Origin: Candidatus Latescibacterota bacterium
GTDB taxonomy: Bacteria > Latescibacterota > UBA2968 > GCA-2709665
NCBI GenBank assembly: GCA_965226795.1
Contig: CBDDDZ010000005.1
Location: 1,824,001-1,888,000, forward strand
Direction of reading: 5' to 3'
Length of the DNA: 64,000 bases
Shown here: piece after piece, positions 18,846 through 27,232 of the stretch
Numbering within the stretch: the first letter of the stretch is position 1
Layout of the letters: each line of letters opens with the position of its first letter
The notes under the pieces: generated by a model
The model's input: the letters and a program-made list of their open reading frames with translations, nothing else
Database searches by the model: none
What the model was told of the DNA's origin: nothing
Program-made: the position numbers and the translations under genes

Positions 18846-20213
18846 CTACTCCATCCGCAATGGCATCAGCAATGCCTTCCGGTCCGGATGGTCTACCGGG
18901 ACAAATAGGAGAGCTTTCAGCGGGTCGGTAACGAAAACTTCCAACATTCCTTCCGCCTCGATTCCGGAAACTACATCGCTCAGAAAAGAGTGATTTACAC
19001 AGATCCTGAACGGTTCCGGGCTGTCTTCCAGGTTGACTTGGCCTTCCACGGAGGTCGTGAACCTCCAGTAAGGAACACCCCTCCAAGGGGCCTCATCCGT
19101 TGAGACCCCGCGACCCCCTTTTTCCTCCCGGACCTTATACCCCATATCCCGCGACGTGGTCAGAGAAAGCGCCCCGGGCACCGAGGTAATCTGAATTTCG
19201 ACTCTTGGCAGATAGTCCCAGGTCTCCGACCCCGGGTGCCGGGATTCCAGATGCTCTGCGATCAAATTGACTGCTCGCAGCAATTCACCTGCCGCCAACC
19301 TGACACGAATGCCCGCCGCGTCGGGAATGACCGCCTCATAGTGCACATAGGGCTCATCGATAATCGGAATGACCCTTTCATCCTCTCCCTCCATGCAAAG
19401 GATCGCCTCCTCCTCCCGGATCGACAGCGTGGCGCGTTCCGCATGTGCCGCCTCCAATTCAAAACCGGGTCCCAGGATCACCTGGGTCTCCAGGTCCTGC
19501 GCACCCTCCAGTGTACGCAGCAGCAATCTCGCCCCGTCCCCAGCCACAACGCGCCCACCCGGATCCAGGCAAACCCCCTGAAGTCTACCGCGTGATTCGT
19601 CCCGGCTCACAAACCGGGTCGCCCAATAAAGAGCTTGAAGATCCTGTGCCGTAAGGTCGTACGTGTGTCCAGCGCTTGTCATCTCGCTCATCTCCTTTCG
19701 GATCCGCTGCCTCGCCTTCTGCAGGCGGCTGCGAACCGTATTCATTTCCAGGCCCAACTGTTGTGCCGTTTCCGCGTAGGAATGGCCCTTGAAATAATGA
19801 TGTTCGATCACGTCCCGGTGCGCACCTGAAAGCTGGCGAATCGCCTGCCTGACCAACATGCGGGCCTCTCGCTCCGACTCCGATTCGTCGACTGCGTGTT
19901 CGCCCCATTCGGTCGTCAAGAGCTGCTCGAAACGGATTTGCACCATTCGCCGCTGGCGCCACCTGAAGGCCGCATTGTCCGCAATTTTCAGCAACCAGCC
20001 GGAAAACCGACGACCGTCGCGGAGTTGGTCGAGGCGGCGGTACGCATGCAGGAAGATCTCCTGAACCAGATCCTCTGCCTCATCAGGCTGCCTGACCACA
20101 CTCATGACCCTACCGTACAACAAGCGGGTATAACGCTCCACCAGGCGGCCAAACGCCCATGTTTCGCCGGATACTGCAAGCCGCACCAGGTCCCGATCCT
20201 CAATTACATCCAA
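18846..20213 (-). CDS. ECF RNA polymerase sigma factor fused to a DNA polymerase III beta-clamp-like C-terminal region
   Basis: aa 1-175: sigma2 (DEAEDLVQEIFLHAY, FSGWLLKIADN) and sigma4 (SYAETAQQLGLEMNTVRSRLQKAR); aa about 178-455: DnaN-like motifs ATRFVSRDESRGRLQGV, VVAGDGARL, IIDEPYVHYEAVIP, ICVNHSFLSDVV, ALLMPLRM; TTG start with GGGAGG RBS. Confidence 0.85.
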   Translation of the reverse strand: MDVIEDRDLVRLAVSGETWAFGRLVERYTRLLYGRVMSVVRQPDEAEDLVQEIFLHAYRRLDQLRDGRRFSGWLLKIADNAAFRWRQRRMVQIRFEQLLTTEWGEHAVDESESEREARMLVRQAIRQLSGAHRDVIEHHYFKGHSYAETAQQLGLEMNTVRSRLQKARQRIRKEMSEMTSAGHTYDLTAQDLQALYWATRFVSRDESRGRLQGVCLDPGGRVVAGDGARLLLRTLEGAQDLETQVILGPGFELEAAHAERATLSIREEEAILCMEGEDERVIPIIDEPYVHYEAVIPDAAGIRVRLAAGELLRAVNLIAEHLESRHPGSETWDYLPRVEIQITSVPGALSLTTSRDMGYKVREEKGGRGVSTDEAPWRGVPYWRFTTSVEGQVNLEDSPEPFRICVNHSFLSDVVSGIEAEGMLEVFVTDPLKALLFVPVDHPDRKALLMPLRME

Positions 20214-20333
20214 AACACGCCTCCCTGCAGGGGCGAACCATCACGCGCGACATGAATACAGATCCGCATCATCGCCCAAAGTATCCCGTGCGCGGAAAAT
20301 AAACTCCTCCCACCTCCCTGTCTTTCGCCGGAC

Positions 20334-20358
20334 AAAAAAAAACACCCCGATAGGGGCG
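20334..20358 (-). terminator. Intrinsic terminator upstream of the sigma gene
   Basis: Minus strand CGCCCC-TATC-GGGGTG followed by 9 T. Confidence 0.65.
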
Positions 20359-20373
20359 GATGTAATTCCGCGT

Positions 20374-20438
20374 TCTGATCCTGAATACGCTTTTTCATCA
20401 GGAATCAAAAAAAGCCTTCCAAATCTGATTCCTGAATA
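20374..20438. repeat. Three copies of a TGA(T)TCCTGA motif (direct, inverted, direct)
   Basis: TCTGATCCTGAATA (20374-20387), TCAGGAATCA (20398-20407), TCTGATTCCTGAATA (20424-20438). Confidence 0.75.
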
Positions 20439-20490
20439 GCAACAAAAGGCCGTATGGCGGGCCACCGCGCGTACGACGATAGCTGCTAAG

Positions 20491-22569
20491 TCAGCATGCG
20501 ACTGTGAGGCTGCTGATCGGTCCCATAACACCTGCGCTATTGACGGAGCGTACCCCGAACGTGTTCAGCCCTTTGTGTAATTTCCAATGGAACTCCTCCG
20601 GGCAGGCATTCCACGGTCCCCGATCCATCCTTGACAGATAGCCCGCGAAACAGGGTGTCTGCGTCTCCAGCCTGACCGTCAGATCGGCTGGGTCGTGGGT
20701 CGCCTCGGCCGTATACCTGGTCTGGTTCATCGAGGGATAAAAGTCCGCGCTCCGGTTGGTGTGATTCGTAAAGTGGGACAGTGGCGGCACCTTTTCGTCG
20801 GCCCAGTTGAGATACCCGTCCCAGGCCCACACCTCCGTGCCCTGACTCACCGGCAGAGGTCGCGGCTGGCTGAACATATTGTTGCGCGGGATCATACGGA
20901 AATGGCAAAACGACCGGAACAGAAAATGCGCCCCTTCGGTGGTGGAAAACTCGTGGCGCCCGTCCCGAATTGCAATCGGCAGGTCCCGAACGAGGGATTC
21001 GAGATCCTGCCGGAACAGATACGGGCGATCCCAGCTTTCGACTTCCTGAACTCTGTCCGCGAGGACCCGATGCACCTCGAGCGTATTCAGCGGCACACGC
21101 GTCTTCGGATCGTACCAATAGTAATCTCTCGTCGCGTCAAGGTGGACCCACTTGCAATAGTCGTTCGACCAGACCTCCGCGATCTCGTGCCCCGTCATGC
21201 CTTCACTGTGGAAGTTCACATGCCGCGCTGGAAAACCGAAACTCAGACAGGCAGCCACCAGGACCACGTTGGGATACAGACACATTTTGTCGCGCCGACG
21301 CTCGCGGTACCGATTCTTCACAATCGCACCGGATGGGTCCCGATCGAGCATCAGCCAATCAAGAACGTCCCAGGGATAATGGCGGCAGGGACCCAGCGGA
21401 ACGGCATACGCCCACGCCATCAGGCGCTCAATGGCTTCGAATTCGGTTTGCGCCCCGGCAACAACGGCATCCAGTTCGGACCGTTCGCGCAGTTCCAGTA
21501 ACGTCTTGTGCCTGTAGTCCTCGTCTGCAATCCAGTACGAAGACCGGTGGATGGTGGGATTCTCCGCCATAACGACTCGGGGCAGCGGCTCCCCTTCCGC
21601 GCGCGCCTCGGCAAGGACCGTCATCGCTTTCAAAACGGGGGTGTATGACGGATCCGCCGTCTCAAGCCGCATGCGCCATTGCAGGTAACGCCCGGTAACG
21701 TCCCCCACCGGCGATCCGAATTCACACGATTGCCAGTGGCTCCACTGCGCGGCATTCACCACGGGACCCGTTCCGGTGCGCACGTCACAGTGTACGGCAG
21801 TACCGGCGGGGACCCCAGCGTCCCAAACCAAACGCAGTCTGCGAACGGTATGGCACCGCTTCACGCCATCCCCCTCCCTCGCGGCATCCATGACCGTTGA
21901 CACGACATGCCCGCTATCGCGGTACCCGTCCACGATCAGCCGAATCACATATTCGCCGCGTTCGGACTCCCATTCAGGAACCCGGCGAACAAAACTCGAG
22001 GCCGGCAGCACAACCGGATCCACCGTCCCCTTTTTGTAGTCCCGATAATCCGCCACCATCAGACTCCATCCCACACTGCCTTCCACGACATCCATAACTA
22101 TATGGTTTTCGCCCGGTCGAAGGCAGCCGGCAGGGAGTTCCACGTAATACCATCGACTCCAGCTCCACGCGCCGTCATCGGGCGCCAACTCCCAGTACTG
22201 TCTGGCATCGGGGGTAGCCAACGGGGACGGCGGCCGCAGTACCTCCTGCCCGTTGACGTTGAATCGCAACGTGGCCGAATGACCCCTCCGCTCCCGCGCA
22301 ATAAAGGCCAACTGCGTCCTCACGGAAGGAACTCGGGTCAACGTCAGCACCTTTTTTAGCGCCAACGGGCCGGAAACCTCCACAAACGGATCCTCATCCA
22401 GGTCGTCCGACCGTCCGACGCCGGGGCTGTCATTCTCCACGACTGAACCCCTGAAGAGGCGGATACCCTCATCCCCATTGCCCATCCAGAGATTCGCAAT
22501 GTCCGCGGTACGGTAAATCTCCTCCGCGGATGAAAGGGTGCGAACCCGCCTGAATTCCTCCACAGCCAT
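20491..22569 (-). CDS. Transglutaminase-like (Cys-His-Asp) domain protein with large beta-rich N-terminal region
   Basis: MCLYPNVVLVAACLSFGFPARHV...GHEIAEVWSNDYCKWVHLDAT. Confidence 0.75.
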   Translation of the reverse strand: MAVEEFRRVRTLSSAEEIYRTADIANLWMGNGDEGIRLFRGSVVENDSPGVGRSDDLDEDPFVEVSGPLALKKVLTLTRVPSVRTQLAFIARERRGHSATLRFNVNGQEVLRPPSPLATPDARQYWELAPDDGAWSWSRWYYVELPAGCLRPGENHIVMDVVEGSVGWSLMVADYRDYKKGTVDPVVLPASSFVRRVPEWESERGEYVIRLIVDGYRDSGHVVSTVMDAAREGDGVKRCHTVRRLRLVWDAGVPAGTAVHCDVRTGTGPVVNAAQWSHWQSCEFGSPVGDVTGRYLQWRMRLETADPSYTPVLKAMTVLAEARAEGEPLPRVVMAENPTIHRSSYWIADEDYRHKTLLELRERSELDAVVAGAQTEFEAIERLMAWAYAVPLGPCRHYPWDVLDWLMLDRDPSGAIVKNRYRERRRDKMCLYPNVVLVAACLSFGFPARHVNFHSEGMTGHEIAEVWSNDYCKWVHLDATRDYYWYDPKTRVPLNTLEVHRVLADRVQEVESWDRPYLFRQDLESLVRDLPIAIRDGRHEFSTTEGAHFLFRSFCHFRMIPRNNMFSQPRPLPVSQGTEVWAWDGYLNWADEKVPPLSHFTNHTNRSADFYPSMNQTRYTAEATHDPADLTVRLETQTPCFAGYLSRMDRGPWNACPEEFHWKLHKGLNTFGVRSVNSAGVMGPISSLTVAC

Positions 22570-22750
22570 TTTCCGACCTCTGTCGATGCATGCGCGACCG
22601 GCGGCGTTCAACCCTGGACGATATCAGTACAGGATCCTGACCCGGAACCGCGATCCAGGGGCGCCAGGAAATCCGCAGCCGCGCCGGGAAAATTTACTGG
22701 ACATTCCAGGCAAAAGCTGTCACACCGTTGCGTCGACGTTGAATGACCGC

Positions 22751-23989
22751 CTATTTCAGATAGGCGGTCTCCACCTTCTCGAGAGAGGCCACGATGTCGC
22801 ACACCTCCTGCTCCCCGTAATTCTCATGAATTGGCATCGTAAAGTGGCTTTCGGCGGCCGCGACGGCGTTCGGGCACGGAAACGTCGCATTGCGATCTCC
22901 ACGATAGTCAGGGAGTCCCCAGGGATAGTCGCTGTTTCCGAAAACCTTGCGTTCCTTGAACCAGGTCGCCTCGGACGGGATATGCCTGTAGGATACCGAC
23001 GCCGGAATGCCTTCAGCCGCCAGCGCCTTGACGAAGCCGGCCTTGTCCACACTCAGTCTGGCCGTATCCAGGTGGAACCGGAGGAACCAGTACACGCACT
23101 CGGTACCTGGCACCTGCCTGCCCATCGATACGGCCTGCAGATGTTCGATACCGTCCCGAATTTCATCACCCACTCTTCGTCGGTTATCCGCAATCTCCCC
23201 CAAACGGCGCAACTGGACCCGGCCGATTGCCGCGGCCAGATCGCTGCCGTTCATATTCAAGCTCGCTCTCACGTTGGAAAGCCCGCTCCCCTCCAGATTG
23301 ATGGGCTTGCCCCGATCGGAGAAACGCTTCACACGCCAATAGAGATCGTGATCCTTCACAAAGACCACCCCGCCCTGCGAGCCCGTGGCGTGATGCTTGC
23401 CGCTCATCGTTGAGTAGGTCCCCATCGACCCCATGCCGCCCACCAGCCTTCCCCTGTACCTGGCGCCGTGCGCCTGCGCGCAATCTTCGATCACGGGCAA
23501 CCCGCGCGAATCGGCAAGCTCCAGAATCGGGTCCATGTCCGCCGGTTCCCCGGCGATATGCGCAACGATGATCGCACGCGAGTGCTCGGTCAGCACGGCT
23601 TCGATCTGTTCCGCGCCGGCATTGAACGTTCCCGGGGCCGCATCCGACACGACCGGTACCAGGTTCAAGAGTGCCACGGGCATCACCCCACCCGGATCGG
23701 TGATTGGCGGCACCACCACCTCGCCAGGAACCTCCAGTTCGAGGGCTCCAAGCGCTGTGTACAGTGACGTCGTGCCCGAATTCACCAGATCGGCGTACCC
23801 GCCGCCCATGAAATCTGCAAAGTCTCGTTCGTACGCGCGTTCTTCCGGCCCGTCGTACCCGAAGGCGTTGCCCGTCCGGATACTTTCGTCGAAGAGAGCC
23901 ATCACCGCCTGCTTCTCCTCTTCGCCGAAGAGACGCCGTGCGGGCATCGGCACAGTGCGGACCTTCTTGCCGCCATCGATCGCCAGCAT
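22751..23989 (-). CDS. DegT/DnrJ/EryC1/StrS family PLP aminotransferase
   Basis: LAIDGG, VNSGTTSL, VAHIAGEPADMD, VIEDCAQAHGA, STMSGKH..GSQGG. Confidence 0.92.
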   Translation of the reverse strand: MLAIDGGKKVRTVPMPARRLFGEEEKQAVMALFDESIRTGNAFGYDGPEERAYERDFADFMGGGYADLVNSGTTSLYTALGALELEVPGEVVVPPITDPGGVMPVALLNLVPVVSDAAPGTFNAGAEQIEAVLTEHSRAIIVAHIAGEPADMDPILELADSRGLPVIEDCAQAHGARYRGRLVGGMGSMGTYSTMSGKHHATGSQGGVVFVKDHDLYWRVKRFSDRGKPINLEGSGLSNVRASLNMNGSDLAAAIGRVQLRRLGEIADNRRRVGDEIRDGIEHLQAVSMGRQVPGTECVYWFLRFHLDTARLSVDKAGFVKALAAEGIPASVSYRHIPSEATWFKERKVFGNSDYPWGLPDYRGDRNATFPCPNAVAAAESHFTMPIHENYGEQEVCDIVASLEKVETAYLK

Positions 23990-24011
23990 ACCACTTGCCT
24001 CCTGAAGTTAG

Positions 24012-24878
24012 TTAAGATGTGGCGCCGGCAAAGGCCGTCCACAATTCATCGATGCCCTTGCCCATCGCCCATGAATCCGGAAAACAGCGATAAATCATAC
24101 GCGTATGCGCCACCATCTCGGCGCCCGCCGCCAGATCCCGGCCATAGCACCAATCGTGCGCGGTATCCCATCCGTGGTACTGTCCGGTCAGGTATGTTGT
24201 GAAAACGGGGTCGCAGAGGAACACCAGCGTGAATCCGTTGGACGAATTCCGGGCAGCCAGAATGGGCAGGCTGAAGTTCCTGCCTTCCAGATCCCGATGC
24301 AACCCCCTCTTTGGATCACCGAATCGTCCATCCTGAAGCATTTCGCGCGACAGGTCGTCTCTGACAACGCCGAACGTCCGATTGATTTCCGCCCGGTTGT
24401 TCAGCCTTGTCCAGCTTCGAGACCCGTCGGCATTGGCCAAAGGCGCCCAGGTCTCATTAAAAACGTCGGCGATGTAAGAGGCGAAAAAGATCTCGAAGCG
24501 TTGAATATCCACCGACGGCCGGATCGTCATCTCCAGATCCACCGCGTCGCCGTGCGGCCGATAAACGAGATCCATCACCAGACCGAACTCCGGCTCCGGA
24601 GGGAAGCGGATTGCCACGCCGTCGTGCGACAATTCGTGCGCCACCTTCCTGGCCATAGAAAGCCGCCGCGGGTACATTACCGTGCCCGAACCCGGCCTCA
24701 GATAATATTCGGCATTCAGGAATGCCTTACAATGCCGAACCGCCCCGACCTTATAATCCCGATGCATCAACCCGCAAATCCCGTGGTAATTCATATAGGG
24801 TTGAATACCGCCCATAATTTCGCCGGTATCGAACTCGTAACACTGAGACAGGTCGCTCCAGGCAATCTGCACAACCAA
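24012..24878 (-). CDS. Hypothetical protein
   Basis: 288-aa ORF filling the gap between co-oriented genes, GGAGG RBS; no recognised motif. Confidence 0.65.
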   Translation of the reverse strand: MVVQIAWSDLSQCYEFDTGEIMGGIQPYMNYHGICGLMHRDYKVGAVRHCKAFLNAEYYLRPGSGTVMYPRRLSMARKVAHELSHDGVAIRFPPEPEFGLVMDLVYRPHGDAVDLEMTIRPSVDIQRFEIFFASYIADVFNETWAPLANADGSRSWTRLNNRAEINRTFGVVRDDLSREMLQDGRFGDPKRGLHRDLEGRNFSLPILAARNSSNGFTLVFLCDPVFTTYLTGQYHGWDTAHDWCYGRDLAAGAEMVAHTRMIYRCFPDSWAMGKGIDELWTAFAGATS

Positions 24879-24932
24879 CCTCCGAAAAATCGCGTCGCGT
24901 TTCGGCCGGCGTTAAAAGATCACGCGCGGAGA

Positions 24933-26327
24933 TCATTCGAACGTGAAGTACCGCTTCTTTGCGTGTTCAGGAGGCCATACATCGAGCAGTTCCAGGGTCT
25001 CCATGAAACCGTAACGTCGGAACATCGCCTCCACCTCTTCGGACGTCAATCTGGCGGCGGGCCGCTCGGGCAGATTGGACGCCTGCAGAATAACCTGCGC
25101 ATTGATCGCCGCGCACTCCGTGAGGCCCTGGACGTAAACCTTATCCGGCGTGTCGGCGCGCGTATGACCCCAGAGGCCGTCCAGAGGATCCACCGGTGTG
25201 GTGCCGATCCCGACGGTATGCACGCCGTGTGCGGCAAATGGAAAATGGTCCGACCCCCATCCCGGGGCGCCCACACTGGCCTTAAACGGCGGCAGGCCAT
25301 CGCCGTCCACCCGCACCCGTTTCGCCACCTCGTTCAGCGTAGACTGCCAGTCGTCGTTGCCGGTAATGTGAATTCCCGAAGGGCGCCCACCGACGTCGTT
25401 GTTGATCATCAATATCAGATCGTCCAACTCGTCTTCATGGTCCCGTGCGTACGACCAGGACCCCACGAGCCCGGTTTCTTCCACGCCGAACAGAACAAAC
25501 CGCACCCTCCGCCTCAGATAGCGCTGATAGCCTGCCAGGCCTCTCGCCGCCTCCAGCACAGCGACCACCCCCGCAGCATTGTCGATGGCGCCGGGCCCCA
25601 CGTGCCAGGAGTCGTAGTGCCCGCCCACAACCAGGTATTCTGCCTCACCCCTGCCGCCGCCCAAATCTCCCACGACGTTCCAGGACGGCTTGACCTCCAC
25701 GCGACTGTCCAGGGCCAGCCTGATCCGGACCCTGCCCCTCCGCCGCTCCAAACGCATTAAATATGCCGCATCCTCCTTGCTGATCGAAGCCACTGGAATC
25801 GGAGCTACTCGCGCGAATGCGCACGTGCGCGCCGGTTGAAGTCCGCCGGGATAGTTCCGCCATTCAATCAGGCCCGCAGCGCCGTACTCCGCGGCAAGGG
25901 GGGTTTTCAACTGCCGCGCGACCGGATAATAGGGCGCCGCCACGAGACTGCCGGCCACGTCCGCCTTCCGATCCTCGAATTCCTCCCGGTCGCCCCGTTC
26001 CAGGAAGACGACGACGGTTTCGATACCCTCAACCGGCGTCGACGGGGACAGGCCGCCACACCGGCAGGCGATTTCCCGTTCAACGGGCGCCGTGACCGCC
26101 AGGCGTTCCTCTACAGGCGACCACGCCCGGTGCTGAAATTCCTCGACGTGTACGTCGTTCAATCCGTAGCGAGACAATGTATCCAGCAGGAAATCCCTGG
26201 CCCGTACCTCGTTCTCCGACCCGGCCAAACGCGCCCCGATGTCGTCCGCCAGAACCAGAAGATTCCGGTGCGCTTCCGACGACGCGAATATCTCCTCCAA
26301 CACGCGCTTTTCGATCTCGTGCTTCAT
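24933..26327 (-). CDS. M28 family metallopeptidase with PA domain (carboxypeptidase Q-like)
   Basis: GGHYDSW, GAIDNAAG, FGVEETGLVGS, NND, SDHFPF, WGHTRADT zinc-ligand motifs. Confidence 0.9.
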   Translation of the reverse strand: MKHEIEKRVLEEIFASSEAHRNLLVLADDIGARLAGSENEVRARDFLLDTLSRYGLNDVHVEEFQHRAWSPVEERLAVTAPVEREIACRCGGLSPSTPVEGIETVVVFLERGDREEFEDRKADVAGSLVAAPYYPVARQLKTPLAAEYGAAGLIEWRNYPGGLQPARTCAFARVAPIPVASISKEDAAYLMRLERRRGRVRIRLALDSRVEVKPSWNVVGDLGGGRGEAEYLVVGGHYDSWHVGPGAIDNAAGVVAVLEAARGLAGYQRYLRRRVRFVLFGVEETGLVGSWSYARDHEDELDDLILMINNDVGGRPSGIHITGNDDWQSTLNEVAKRVRVDGDGLPPFKASVGAPGWGSDHFPFAAHGVHTVGIGTTPVDPLDGLWGHTRADTPDKVYVQGLTECAAINAQVILQASNLPERPAARLTSEEVEAMFRRYGFMETLELLDVWPPEHAKKRYFTFE

Positions 26328-26545
26328 CTTCCCTCCGATGGCATCCGGGCACACACAGGATAGCCGGCCTCCCACAATGGGTCGTGCCGTCGGGCGCCTT
26401 CAACCCGCAAGATAATATCCTGGGTAGGCAACGCAACCGGATTCTGGACACGAAAAAAGCGCGAGAATCGAATTCCCGCGCCAAAACGCTATGCAGGCCG
26501 CTATGGCCCGTAAGTGGGATGGAGACGGATCAGGCGCCAGTGCAT

Positions 26546-27232
26546 TTACTCTTTCGTTTTTGCCGTATCCGCGGCAACATCCAGATCCAGCTTCAGCGGC
26601 CCCGAAGTATCCCGCCTGGCATCGATCAGAACCGGCATCGCTTGTGGTGCAACGGCAGGGACGGCCTCACCCACATCGATGTCCGGTCCCGTACTGTCCG
26701 CTGCCGCGGGCTCCGGCTTCCGACCCCAGAAGTCGGGCGTTGCATTCAGATAGTAAGTAATGTTGTTATCGGTCAGATATACCGCGTCTTCGGACGCCAG
26801 GCGCACGTAATTCTTGCTCCAATCCCGCCTGGACTGTCCAAACACAAAACCGGCCAGTTCCGCGCCGCCCGCGTTCCTGACGGTCAACTGAATGCCGCTT
26901 GAATCGTCTACCGAATACACGTCCCACCGGTCCACGCTTCTGGTCATCAGGGTTGTGCGCTCGACCTTCAATACCCTGTCGAGCAAATTGTCAATCGGCG
27001 CCTCCCGGACCTCCAGTGAATCGTGGCCCACGAGCCGCCACACGTCGCCGTCGAGGCGCAGTTCTACGCGTTCTGCACCGCGTTCGATCATGAACTGCTG
27101 AACGTCGTCCCGGCTTCCTTCAAAAATCGGCGTACCCGCAGCCGTATACCTGCTCTTGGAAAACTGAACGTAAGCGACGCCGGCGGCAAGCGCCAGAATC
27201 ACAATCAGCCATACCCTCGCCTGTTTAGCCAT
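26546..27232 (-). CDS. DUF4340-type membrane-anchored protein of Gld-like ABC loci
   Basis: Single N-terminal TM segment, NYVRL..EDAVYL motif, position after a GldG-like gene. Confidence 0.7.
   Translation of the reverse strand: MAKQARVWLIVILALAAGVAYVQFSKSRYTAAGTPIFEGSRDDVQQFMIERGAERVELRLDGDVWRLVGHDSLEVREAPIDNLLDRVLKVERTTLMTRSVDRWDVYSVDDSSGIQLTVRNAGGAELAGFVFGQSRRDWSKNYVRLASEDAVYLTDNNITYYLNATPDFWGRKPEPAAADSTGPDIDVGEAVPAVAPQAMPVLIDARRDTSGPLKLDLDVAADTAKTKE

Noticed and set aside
24105..25760. 551-aa plus-strand ORF (and similar long antisense ORFs at 39298-40662, 49603-50892, 55009-56349)
   Set aside because: They overlap well-supported genes on the opposite strand and have no motifs; expected in GC-rich DNA
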